Part shown: positions 28,633 through 36,990 of the stretch, in pieces | Layout: each line of letters opens with the position of its first letter | Position numbering within the stretch: the first letter of the stretch is position 1 | DNA from: an uncultured delta proteobacterium | GTDB lineage: Bacteria > Myxococcota_A > Polyangia > Polyangiales > B10-G4 | Reading direction: 5' to 3' | Assembly: GCA_963727445.1 (NCBI GenBank) | Contig: CAVSGI010000015.1 | Location: forward strand, 384,001 to 448,000 | DNA: 64,000 nucleotides | Program-made: the position numbers and the translations under genes | The notes under the pieces: model-generated | What the model saw: the letters and a program-made list of their open reading frames with translations, nothing else | Told to the model about the DNA's origin: nothing | Database searches by the model: none

Positions 28633-29853
28633 TTGGCCAACCTCGGCTACATCCAGGTCGTTCGGCACTGCAATCACTTCTGCGGGTTCTGCTCGAACCC
28701 GACGACGCCGTACACGCACGACTTTTCGTCGATGAAGGTGCTGGTCGACGACTTCGTCGCGCGCGGCTACTTCGGGGTGATCCTCACGGGCGGCGAGCCG
28801 TCGCTGCACCCCGAGCTGCCGAAGATCTGCGCCTACGCGCGCGAGCAGGGGCTGCACGTTCGCATGATCACCAACGGTCATCGCCTCGCCGACCCCGCCT
28901 TCGCGAAGGACATGGCCGACGCGGGCCTGTCGCTGGTGCACGTCTCCATCTACTCGGTGCGACCAGAGGTCGAGGAGCGCCTTCGCGGCACCACAGCCAC
29001 CCTCGCGCGCGCGTTCGCCGCGATGGACAACGCCCATCGTTTCGGCGTCGAGGTCAACGTCAACTGCGTCATCAACAAGCTCAACGCCGACCACCTCGAC
29101 GAGAACATCCGCCACTACCTCGCGCATCACTCCTACGTACGCCACTTCGTGTGGAACAACCTCGACCCCTCGATGGGGCGCGCCGAGGTGAACCAGGCGC
29201 AGTTCACGCCGCGCCTCGCCGACTTCGAGCTCTCGCTCACCCGGGCGATGCGCCTCCTTCATCGCTCCGGCCGGACCTTTCGCGTCGAGAAGGTGCCGCT
29301 CTGCTACATGGGCGAGTTCCCCTGGGCGAGCACCGAGACGCGCAAGATCGTCAAAGGCGAGGAGCGCATCGTACACTTCCTCGACGCCAAGCAGACGGTG
29401 CGCCAGGTCGACTGGGAGCACATCTACGCGGAGGGCTGCGGCGTGTGCTCGCTCCGGCACGTCTGCGGCGGTCTCTTCGATCGTGGCGGCGGCTACGACC
29501 CGGCAGAGCTCTCGCCGGTCTTCGTCGATCGCGACGCCGTCGTCCGGGCGATCCTCGAGGACCCCACCGACCCCAGCTACCGCGATCGCTATCCCTCCCT
29601 CGCCGCCTGGGAAGCGGACTTCCAGAAGCGCCTCGAGGAGTCCCGCGAACGCGCGGCGCTGCGTGCGGCCGCGGGGCACGACGACGACGACATGCCGCCC
29701 CCCGAGATGCGCGAGCCCGACGCGCCCAGGGTCGGGCAGGTCACGGACCGCGGCCGGAGGCTCTTCGAATCGAAACGACGCCGCGAACAGGACAAAGCCG
29801 CGGGTCTCGGCGTCGAGATGGAGCGGCTGAAGGCGCAGCTCCCCGATGAGTGA
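28633..29853 (+). CDS. Radical SAM protein with C-terminal Cys cluster
   Basis: CNHFCGFC (CxxxCxxC), LTGGEP, ITNG, VPLCYM, CGVCSLRHVCGG; probable TTG start at 28633. Confidence 0.88.
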   Translation: MANLGYIQVVRHCNHFCGFCSNPTTPYTHDFSSMKVLVDDFVARGYFGVILTGGEPSLHPELPKICAYAREQGLHVRMITNGHRLADPAFAKDMADAGLSLVHVSIYSVRPEVEERLRGTTATLARAFAAMDNAHRFGVEVNVNCVINKLNADHLDENIRHYLAHHSYVRHFVWNNLDPSMGRAEVNQAQFTPRLADFELSLTRAMRLLHRSGRTFRVEKVPLCYMGEFPWASTETRKIVKGEERIVHFLDAKQTVRQVDWEHIYAEGCGVCSLRHVCGGLFDRGGGYDPAELSPVFVDRDAVVRAILEDPTDPSYRDRYPSLAAWEADFQKRLEESRERAALRAAAGHDDDDMPPPEMREPDAPRVGQVTDRGRRLFESKRRREQDKAAGLGVEMERLKAQLPDE

Positions 29854-29892
29854 GGGAACAAAGAACCAGCCCTCGGGCGTTGACCATCGCCG

Positions 29893-30459
29893 ATGACCGG
29901 GCCGAAGCCGTGCGAGGAATGCGGAAAGCCGATGAGCGCGGCGGCGGTCGCCTGTCCTCATTGCGGCACGCGTCAGGCCGGTCGCGATCCCCTCCCTGAA
30001 CACGAACGACCCGCGCCGGGGCCGATGGCGAAGGCCAAGCTCTCCAGCGAAGAGATGGCCGCGATGCTCGCCATCGACAGCGTCAAGTCACCCAAGGTCG
30101 AGAGCGGACCCGGACTCTTCTCGGTGCTCCTCCTTCCCCATCCGATGACGAGCGGCGTGGCTCGCATTCTCGACGTGCTGCTCACGATCGTCGCTCATGC
30201 CGCTGATGGTCGCCGGCATCGTGCTCCTGATGCTCTTCGGCGGCCGGCGTCGCACCTTCGTCGCCGCCACTCGTCGGCTCAAAGGCCGGGTCGAGCTCAC
30301 CGCCGCGGCCTTCGCGGCCATCCTCGGATAGCGTCAGCCTTCCTGTCCCTCGGCGTCCTCTTCCCACTTCCCATCGACGTCCCGCCCCTGGTGATGGCCG
30401 CCACGGGCAGCGCCGCCCTCGTCGCGCGCGCCTTCGTCCGAACCGCGGCCGAGAAATAG
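29893..30459 (+). CDS. Zinc-ribbon membrane protein (two apparent compensating frameshifts)
   Basis: CEEC..CPHC at the N-terminus; hydrophobic segments MPLMVAGIVLLMLFGG and LTAAAFAAILG lie in the +1 frame between about 30195 and 30328. Confidence 0.6.
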   Translation: MTGPKPCEECGKPMSAAAVACPHCGTRQAGRDPLPEHERPAPGPMAKAKLSSEEMAAMLAIDSVKSPKVESGPGLFSVLLLPHPMTSGVARILDVLLTIVAHAADGRRHRAPDALRRPASHLRRRHSSAQRPGRAHRRGLRGHPRIASAFLSLGVLFPLPIDVPPLVMAATGSAALVARAFVRTAAEK

Positions 30460-30529
30460 GGCCTCGGCGTTCACCAGCCGCCCGCCCGCCTTGACGACAC
30501 CCAGCGCCCCCAGAGATAACCCGTTCGCC

Positions 30530-32626
30530 ATGCTCCGCTCCGCGTCCATCCTCGCCCTCGTCCTCTTTTCCGCGTGTGGTCCCTCCAGCCTGAGCACCGG
30601 CGGCACGACGGCGGCGACCGTTTCCGTCGGGGGTGGCGATCGCGCCATCGAGACCGTCACCGACCTCGACACCGTTCGCGACGTCGCGGTGAGCGGCGAG
30701 CGCGTCTTCGTGGCGACCGACTTCGGGCTCCTCCTTCACTGGCCCTCCGGGGACGAGCGCCCGATGCGCCTGCGGACCGCGCGGGGCATGCCGAGCGATG
30801 ACGTCCGCGCGGTGGTCGTCGATGGCAACGGTCACGCCATCGCCGCGACCGACCGAGGGGTGGTCGAGGTGGACGCCGAAGGAAACGTCTCACCCTTCGC
30901 CGACGCGCCGCCCGTGAGTCACGTCACGACCATGGCGATGACGGGCGACGGGACGCTCTGGGCCGGGGGCGTCGCCGGTCTCGCCCGCTTTCAGAATGGC
31001 GCCTGGGTGCGCTTCGGCGAGCCGATGGCCGTCACCACCATCACCCAGACGCCGGACGGCCAGCTCTGGGTAGGCGCCACCAACGGCCTCTACCTCATCG
31101 AGGGCGACGTCATCCGCGAGCACGGCATCGGTCGCGGTCTGCCCGAGCCCTACGTGCGCTCGGTGGTCCCGGTTCGCCCCGGCGAGGTCCTGGCCCTCCT
31201 TCAGGGCCCGAACGACGAGAAGATCGGGTACTGGAATGGCGACCGCTGGTTCGCCTACACGGTCAACCTCGACGCGCCGGCCGTCGATCTCGTGCAGCGA
31301 AGCGGTCAGACCCTCCTCATCACCCCCGCCAACGCCTTCGCGATCACCCCGGAGCTCGAGAGCGGCGCGGTGCGCCTCACGCCCCTGTCCATGTCCGAGC
31401 TGCGCAGCGTGCGCAGCTACGGCGCGCGCATCCTGACCCCGGACGAGATCGATGCCCCCGCCGAGGGCCAAGAGCCGCCCGCCGATGTCGCGCGCGAGCC
31501 GCTGCGCCTCGCCCTCGTCCCCGAAAACCAGCCGTCCATGGACGCGCCGCCCTTCGGCATCCGCCCGGTGAACATCGAGATGCCGGTGGACACCTACTGG
31601 GCGAAGGGGATCGGCGACAGCCTCTATCTCGCGGATCGCAACCGCGGCGTGGAGAAGCTAGACGACAACGGCTTCGCCGTGAAGCTGCGCAGCCTCGACC
31701 TGGTGGCAGAGCGCGACCTCCAGATCGCCATCGACGCCTCCCGCAACACCTGGGTGCTGAGCGCCGACCAGTCCATCGCCCTCTTCCGCGACGGTCGCCT
31801 CGAGCGCGTCCCCGCGCCCGAGGGCGTGCAGATCCAGTCCCTCGCGAACGGCCCCGACGGCGCCTACGTCCTCACTCGCGTCAGCGATCAGCCCTCGACG
31901 GTCCGGCTCTACCGCGTGAGCACCGACGGCTGGACGCAGCAGATGGAGCGCGAGCTCACGGTGGACCCGCCGCTGGTGTCGATCCCCTTCTTCGGCATCA
32001 CCGACCAGCGCGTCGTGTGGGCGGGGCTCCGTGTCGTCAACGAGATGGGTGAGAGCCCGCGCATGCGCGGCGTCGCCGTCTTCGAAGAGCAGGGCGACAT
32101 CATCTACGACCACCGCAACGCCAACCGTGAAGAGCACCCGGGATCGCTGGTCATGCCGGACGAGGTGGAGGGGATCGATCTCGGGATGCCGGACTACGCT
32201 TGGTTCCCGAGCCTCCTCGGCGCCATCCGCGTGGGCAACAGCCAGGCGATCGTCTTCGGCGAGGCCCGCGGCGTGCGCGGCGAGGTGGTGAGCGACGTCG
32301 CGGTCGCCGACAACGGTCGCGTGTGGGTCGCCGCAGCAGAGGGCCTCGGCTACTACGAGAACGGCAACTTCGAGTTCCGTCTCCCGCAAGAGGTGCAGCG
32401 TTCGCGGCCGCTGGCGCTCGCCCTCGACTCGCAAGGTCACGTGTGGGCTGCCGGTCCGAACGGTGTCGCCTTCAATGACGGCCAGACCTGGCATCGCCTC
32501 ACCGAGGAGACGGGCCTGCCCACCAACGACCTCGTCGACGTCGAGGTCGACGCCGAGGATCGCGTCTGGCTCCTCGCCAAGGACCGACTGCTGATCTTCT
32601 CGCGCGCGCAGGCGCCGACGCCCTAG
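30530..32626 (+). CDS. Beta-propeller lipoprotein (two-component regulator propeller-like repeats)
   Basis: Lipobox SAC; repeats GMPSDDVRAV, DGTLWAG, DGQLWVGATNGL, GLPTNDL..DAEDRVW. Confidence 0.75.
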   Translation: MLRSASILALVLFSACGPSSLSTGGTTAATVSVGGGDRAIETVTDLDTVRDVAVSGERVFVATDFGLLLHWPSGDERPMRLRTARGMPSDDVRAVVVDGNGHAIAATDRGVVEVDAEGNVSPFADAPPVSHVTTMAMTGDGTLWAGGVAGLARFQNGAWVRFGEPMAVTTITQTPDGQLWVGATNGLYLIEGDVIREHGIGRGLPEPYVRSVVPVRPGEVLALLQGPNDEKIGYWNGDRWFAYTVNLDAPAVDLVQRSGQTLLITPANAFAITPELESGAVRLTPLSMSELRSVRSYGARILTPDEIDAPAEGQEPPADVAREPLRLALVPENQPSMDAPPFGIRPVNIEMPVDTYWAKGIGDSLYLADRNRGVEKLDDNGFAVKLRSLDLVAERDLQIAIDASRNTWVLSADQSIALFRDGRLERVPAPEGVQIQSLANGPDGAYVLTRVSDQPSTVRLYRVSTDGWTQQMERELTVDPPLVSIPFFGITDQRVVWAGLRVVNEMGESPRMRGVAVFEEQGDIIYDHRNANREEHPGSLVMPDEVEGIDLGMPDYAWFPSLLGAIRVGNSQAIVFGEARGVRGEVVSDVAVADNGRVWVAAAEGLGYYENGNFEFRLPQEVQRSRPLALALDSQGHVWAAGPNGVAFNDGQTWHRLTEETGLPTNDLVDVEVDAEDRVWLLAKDRLLIFSRAQAPTP

Positions 32627-32628
32627 CT

Positions 32629-33591
32629 TCAGGCGCGCTGCTGAGTCCCGTTCAGCGACGCGTGTGGACCCAGCCACCGCCTGGCGCGCTTCACCGCTTC
32701 GCCGAGCACCGCTTCGTCCGTCGGCGGATCGTATTGTCGCAAGAGGGCAGAGAGGTCGATGACCATCTCGCGCGCCGTGCCATACCGCTGATCCGGATGG
32801 ATCGCGAGGGCCTGAGCGATGATATCGGCGAGCTCCTCCGGCAGATCCTCGCGATGCTCGGTGACCAGGGGTGCGACCTGGCTGGCCATGCCGTAGAGGG
32901 TCACGGGATCCTTCGAGTCGCGCAGGCGCCGGCCGACCAGCGTCTCCCAGAGGATGGCGCCCACCGACCAGAGATCGGTCTGCGCCGTCGCCACGCCGCC
33001 CCCGACGTACTCCGGCGCCATGTAGGGCATCTTGCCCTTGAGCACACCGGGCTGAGTGATGGTCGCGCGGTCCATCGCTCGCGACATGCCGAAGTCGGTG
33101 AGCTTCACGCACCCGCCCACCGAGATCATCACGTTCGCCGGGGTCACGTCGCGATGGAAGACCGGCGCCGGCTCTCCGTCGGCGTCGACCCGCCGGTGGG
33201 CGGCGCCCAGCCCTCTGAGGAGCTCGATGCCGATCGCCACCACCAGCCGCCAGTCGAGCGATTGTTTGGCGCGGTCGTGGGCGCGGGCGAAGCGGGCCAG
33301 GTCGAGCCCATCCACCCACTCCATGATGATCAGGTAGCGCCCGTCCGGGTCGCGGACGAAGTCGTAGACTTGCACGATGTTGGGATGGCTGAGCTCCGAG
33401 GTGACCCGCGCCTCTTCGGCGAACATCTCCACCGCGGGCTCGTCCTCGGCGATCGCCGGCAACAGCCGCTTGACCGCGACGCTACGGGTGAAGGAGCCGG
33501 CGCCGTGCATGCGCGCGTACCAGACGGTCGCCATGCCACCGGCGCCCGCCGGTGAAACCAGCTCGTAGTTGCCGATCCGACGACTCCCCAC
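32629..33591 (-). CDS. Hanks-type Ser/Thr protein kinase (soluble, kinase only)
   Basis: GAGGMATV, VAVKR, HRDVTPAN, DFG, KGKMPYMAPE, DLWSVG. Confidence 0.92.
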   Translation of the reverse strand: MGSRRIGNYELVSPAGAGGMATVWYARMHGAGSFTRSVAVKRLLPAIAEDEPAVEMFAEEARVTSELSHPNIVQVYDFVRDPDGRYLIIMEWVDGLDLARFARAHDRAKQSLDWRLVVAIGIELLRGLGAAHRRVDADGEPAPVFHRDVTPANVMISVGGCVKLTDFGMSRAMDRATITQPGVLKGKMPYMAPEYVGGGVATAQTDLWSVGAILWETLVGRRLRDSKDPVTLYGMASQVAPLVTEHREDLPEELADIIAQALAIHPDQRYGTAREMVIDLSALLRQYDPPTDEAVLGEAVKRARRWLGPHASLNGTQQRA

Positions 33592-33598
33592 CCCGTAG

Positions 33599-36397
33599 CT
33601 ACCTTACGACACTGATGGTCTCAGCGTCGCGCGTTCTGTAGTTGTCGTCGATGTAGTCCATGAGCTCGAGGAGGAAGGTCTCCATCTGCGCTCCATTCGG
33701 GGTGCCGGGGGGCGCGTTCGTATAGAAGGTGCCCTTGACGCACTCGTCTCCACGGCAGCGGCCGTCGGGGAAGACGAAGATCATCTTCTGCATCCGCTGC
33801 GCCTCGGGGATGGTCGAGGCGATCATGAAGTTCCAGATCAGCACTGCGGTGTCCACCAGCTGGGTGGGCTCCATCCCGTAGCCGTGGAGGAAGTACACGA
33901 CGGGATAGGTCGTGTCCGCGTACTCGGGCTCGTAGTAGCCCGGCGGCAGGATGATGCTCACCGGTCCCGTGCGCCCGGTGCTGGGCGCGGTGAAGTCGGT
34001 GATGATCTTGTTCGGGTTGTCGCAGCCGGTTGCCGAGGCATCGCAGAGCCGATCGTCGACGCGACGCCGATCGCCGTTCGGCCAGCGCTGGCTCATCCAC
34101 ACCATCGGCGCGAGGATCCGGTTCACCGCTTGCGCGATGGTGCCCACGTGCGCGCCGTCGCCCGCTTCGAGGCGCGCGGGGGTGGTGTCCACCGCGCCGT
34201 AGCGCACCAGCACGTTCTGCCCGGTGGAGAGCCAGTCGATCTCGGTGAAGACGAAGTTCTCCGGCTCGTTGTCCCGGCCGTCGAGGTGGAAGGGCGGATA
34301 GCCGTTGTGGTAGCGCAGCGGCCGACCGCGCCCCGGGAACGAGGAGAAGGTGTGATTCGCGGCGGGCGCGGCCATGAAGAGGTCGCGGATGCCGCCGTCG
34401 CCGAAGACGTCGAGGTTGTCGAGGTCGGCGTCGGGGGCGCCGGCCAGCAGGTCCTTCGGCCCGCGGTCGAGCATGCGCTGCATGCCGTGCGTCACGGTCC
34501 AGCAGCCGTCGCCTTCGCCGTTGTCGAAGCCGCCCTCGTCGAGCTGGGCGGTACCGAGGAGGTTGTCGAGGCCGAAGTCGATGAAGGCCTCGCCTCCCAT
34601 CGCGTCGCAGGGGTCGCCGTCGCGGAGGAAGTTCCCCTCCGTGCCGGTGGGATTGTACTGGTAGTGGTAGTCGTCGCCCGCGGGGTCGGGGTTGGTCACG
34701 GGGTCGTAGCCGGCTTCGTCGGGATCGCAGAGGCGGTCGAGCCCGCAGTCGTCGAACTCCTCGTGGAAGTTGCGGATCACCGGCTCGCCCGGATCGCGGA
34801 TGCCGTTGGCGTTGATGTCGACCGCGACCACCACGCCCATCGGGTAGTTGTTGTCACCGTCCGGATCCCAGACTCCGAGATTGCGCGACCCATCCGGGTA
34901 ATTCACCTCGGCGCCGTCACAGAAGGAGATCACCTGATAGGTGCCATCCGGGTTGTACTCGTCGTCGAAGAAGCCGGTGCCGGCGCTTCCGTCGTAGGGC
35001 GGGATGATCACCGGGTCGGCGCAACGATCGGCATTGCTCCGCATGCGCTCGCTGTCCGGCACGCCCGGCGGAAGCACGTTCGCCGGCGATCCATCCGACG
35101 TGGCGTCAGTGATGGGGTTGCCGTACATCATCGACAGGTCGGTGAAGATGTTGGTGTACGACTCCCGGTCGAAGGCGGCGCCGTGCCCGGAGCCGCGGAT
35201 CCTCTCGTCGTACCACCAGTGCTCGAAGTCCTGGCTCACCTCGTGGATCCACCTCGGATCCGGCGTGCGGCTTGTCGACGCGACGTCGCAGCCACTCGGA
35301 TCGGCGCTGCGCTCGTCCTCGGTGCAGAACCCACCCAGGTGCTGCGTCCGGATGTAGTTCACCAGGTAGTTCCAGTCCCAGGCCGCGCCGAGTGGCGCCG
35401 CGAAGTCGAAGCGCTCGGGGTTGCGGAAGGCGACGACCCCGGTCCCGATGCCGCCCATCGACGCGCCGAGCAGGCCGCGGAAGACGAAGTCGCGATCCCG
35501 GGCGCGCCCGGCGTCCGAGCGCACCACCACCTGATAGGTGCCGAGGCGCGGGACCTCGAAGCGCATCATCCCGTCGGCCGAGCTGGGGATGGCCACCACC
35601 GCCACCGGAACTATCCGCGGCTCGTCGACGCCCGGCCCGGTGTAGCTCACCTCGACGTGGCCGCGGTTGGCGCCCGGCGGCAGGAGCGCCGGACGGATCG
35701 GGATGGTGAGCTCGAGCTCGCGCTCGAAGCGCATGTACGTGGGCCCGAACTCCACCGCAGGTCCGAGCGCCGAGTAGCCTTCGGGGAGCTGGTCGTCGGC
35801 GCAGCCGACGCTCAGGGTGAAGGGGTCGACGTGATAGTCGTCGTCGCGGCTCGCTCCGTCGGGAATGATCATGCCGGAGCCGGTGAGGGAGCCGCTCGTC
35901 ACCCGCAGCTCCGAGCCTGGCCCGATGTCGCCGCTCGCCGACCCGTCACAGGCCGGAATGCTCGCGTCCACCACCTCGACCTCGAGGGTCGCCGTCTTCG
36001 TCATGTCCCGGATCGTCACCTCGGCGGTGATGGTCGTCGTCCCGACGCTCACCGGCGTCACCGTGAGCTGCTCGCGGCTGTCCTCAGCGACGAAGTCGAG
36101 CGAGGACGGCACGGTCGCCACCGACTCGTCGGACGAGGTGAGGGTGACCGTGAGGTCGAGACAGTAATCGAGGGTCAGCTCCAAATAGGTCTGGCGCTCG
36201 ACGCCCACGGTGGTGCCCAGGTCGCTCAGACCGAACTGCAGGTCCGGTATGCGGCAGATGACCTCGCCGTCCCCCGCGTCCCCCGCGTCGGGCGTCGCAT
36301 CGGTCATCGCATCGCCGGGCGCGTTGTCGTCGCCGCAGGCGCTCAGAAGAAGAAAGAACGGGAGAGAGAAGCCAAGGGGGAGCAGAGAAGACCGCAT
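33599..36397 (-). CDS. Large lipoprotein: Ig-like region plus esterase (alpha/beta hydrolase) domain in permuted order
   Basis: Lipobox SAC-GDD; SSDESVATV Ig-like segment; GASMGG, DGGIRD, GDGAH, and C-terminal LPPGY..YPVVYFLHGYG..FPDG..ELMDYIDDNYRT. Confidence 0.8.
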   Translation of the reverse strand: MRSSLLPLGFSLPFFLLLSACGDDNAPGDAMTDATPDAGDAGDGEVICRIPDLQFGLSDLGTTVGVERQTYLELTLDYCLDLTVTLTSSDESVATVPSSLDFVAEDSREQLTVTPVSVGTTTITAEVTIRDMTKTATLEVEVVDASIPACDGSASGDIGPGSELRVTSGSLTGSGMIIPDGASRDDDYHVDPFTLSVGCADDQLPEGYSALGPAVEFGPTYMRFERELELTIPIRPALLPPGANRGHVEVSYTGPGVDEPRIVPVAVVAIPSSADGMMRFEVPRLGTYQVVVRSDAGRARDRDFVFRGLLGASMGGIGTGVVAFRNPERFDFAAPLGAAWDWNYLVNYIRTQHLGGFCTEDERSADPSGCDVASTSRTPDPRWIHEVSQDFEHWWYDERIRGSGHGAAFDRESYTNIFTDLSMMYGNPITDATSDGSPANVLPPGVPDSERMRSNADRCADPVIIPPYDGSAGTGFFDDEYNPDGTYQVISFCDGAEVNYPDGSRNLGVWDPDGDNNYPMGVVVAVDINANGIRDPGEPVIRNFHEEFDDCGLDRLCDPDEAGYDPVTNPDPAGDDYHYQYNPTGTEGNFLRDGDPCDAMGGEAFIDFGLDNLLGTAQLDEGGFDNGEGDGCWTVTHGMQRMLDRGPKDLLAGAPDADLDNLDVFGDGGIRDLFMAAPAANHTFSSFPGRGRPLRYHNGYPPFHLDGRDNEPENFVFTEIDWLSTGQNVLVRYGAVDTTPARLEAGDGAHVGTIAQAVNRILAPMVWMSQRWPNGDRRRVDDRLCDASATGCDNPNKIITDFTAPSTGRTGPVSIILPPGYYEPEYADTTYPVVYFLHGYGMEPTQLVDTAVLIWNFMIASTIPEAQRMQKMIFVFPDGRCRGDECVKGTFYTNAPPGTPNGAQMETFLLELMDYIDDNYRTRDAETISVVR

Positions 36398-36417
36398 GGG
36401 GCGGCAGTATGGGCGCC

Positions 36418-36990
36418 TCAACCCGCCTCGTCGAGCAGGGCCCTCACCTCCCGATTCAGCTCGTCGAGGAGCGGGTGGGACCACTCGTGACCGAGGCTCA
36501 CCACGACGCTCTCGTAGTACCAGAGGGTCTGCTCGCGGCTCGCGCTGAAGCGATCGAAGACAGCCATCCCCAGGTTCGATAAATCCCGTCGGATCGAACG
36601 TGCGTTGTGCAGCTTGTCCGCGGCGCTGATCAACTTCACCTCGGGCGGTTCGGTGCGCAGCTCTTCGAGATACGCGAGCTTGCGCTCCTTCCAGGGCGGC
36701 TTCGGGTGCGTGGTGGCGTCGGAGAGCGCTTCGACGAAGCGGCGCACGCGCGGCCCGAAGCGCTTCTCCACCTCCTGGCCGGTCGCCGACTCGATGTCTT
36801 CGAGATAGTCGTGGAGCACCGCGGCGATCATCTGATCCTCGTCGCCGCCGTGCTCGGCGACGAAGACCATCACCTGCACCAGATGGGTGATGTAGGGGAT
36901 CCCGCTGCCCTTGCGCACCTTGTAGCGGAAGGCGTCGGTGGCGAGAGCGATGGCCGCGTCGAGTCGCTCGGAGTAACAGGGCTCGGCCAT
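36418..36990 (-). CDS. HD-domain protein, RelA/SpoT hydrolase-like (Mesh1/small alarmone hydrolase type)
   Basis: RKGSGIPYITHL, LHDYLED, ADKLHN; ATG overlaps the upstream stop (TGATG). Confidence 0.85.
   Translation of the reverse strand: MAEPCYSERLDAAIALATDAFRYKVRKGSGIPYITHLVQVMVFVAEHGGDEDQMIAAVLHDYLEDIESATGQEVEKRFGPRVRRFVEALSDATTHPKPPWKERKLAYLEELRTEPPEVKLISAADKLHNARSIRRDLSNLGMAVFDRFSASREQTLWYYESVVVSLGHEWSHPLLDELNREVRALLDEAG

Noticed and set aside
27682..30003. Long mutual overlap of ORFs 26800-30003 (-) and 27682-29853 (+)
   Set aside because: Both extensions are shadow frames; the real genes diverge from 28545 and 28633.
28633..30459. RiPP biosynthetic cluster around the radical SAM gene
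   Set aside because: No precursor peptide, RRE/PqqD, peptidase or exporter gene is adjacent.
33884..36490. 868-aa plus-strand ORF and similar long antisense ORFs across the window
   Set aside because: Stop-poor antisense frames are expected in GC-rich DNA; no motifs, and each mirrors a well-supported gene.
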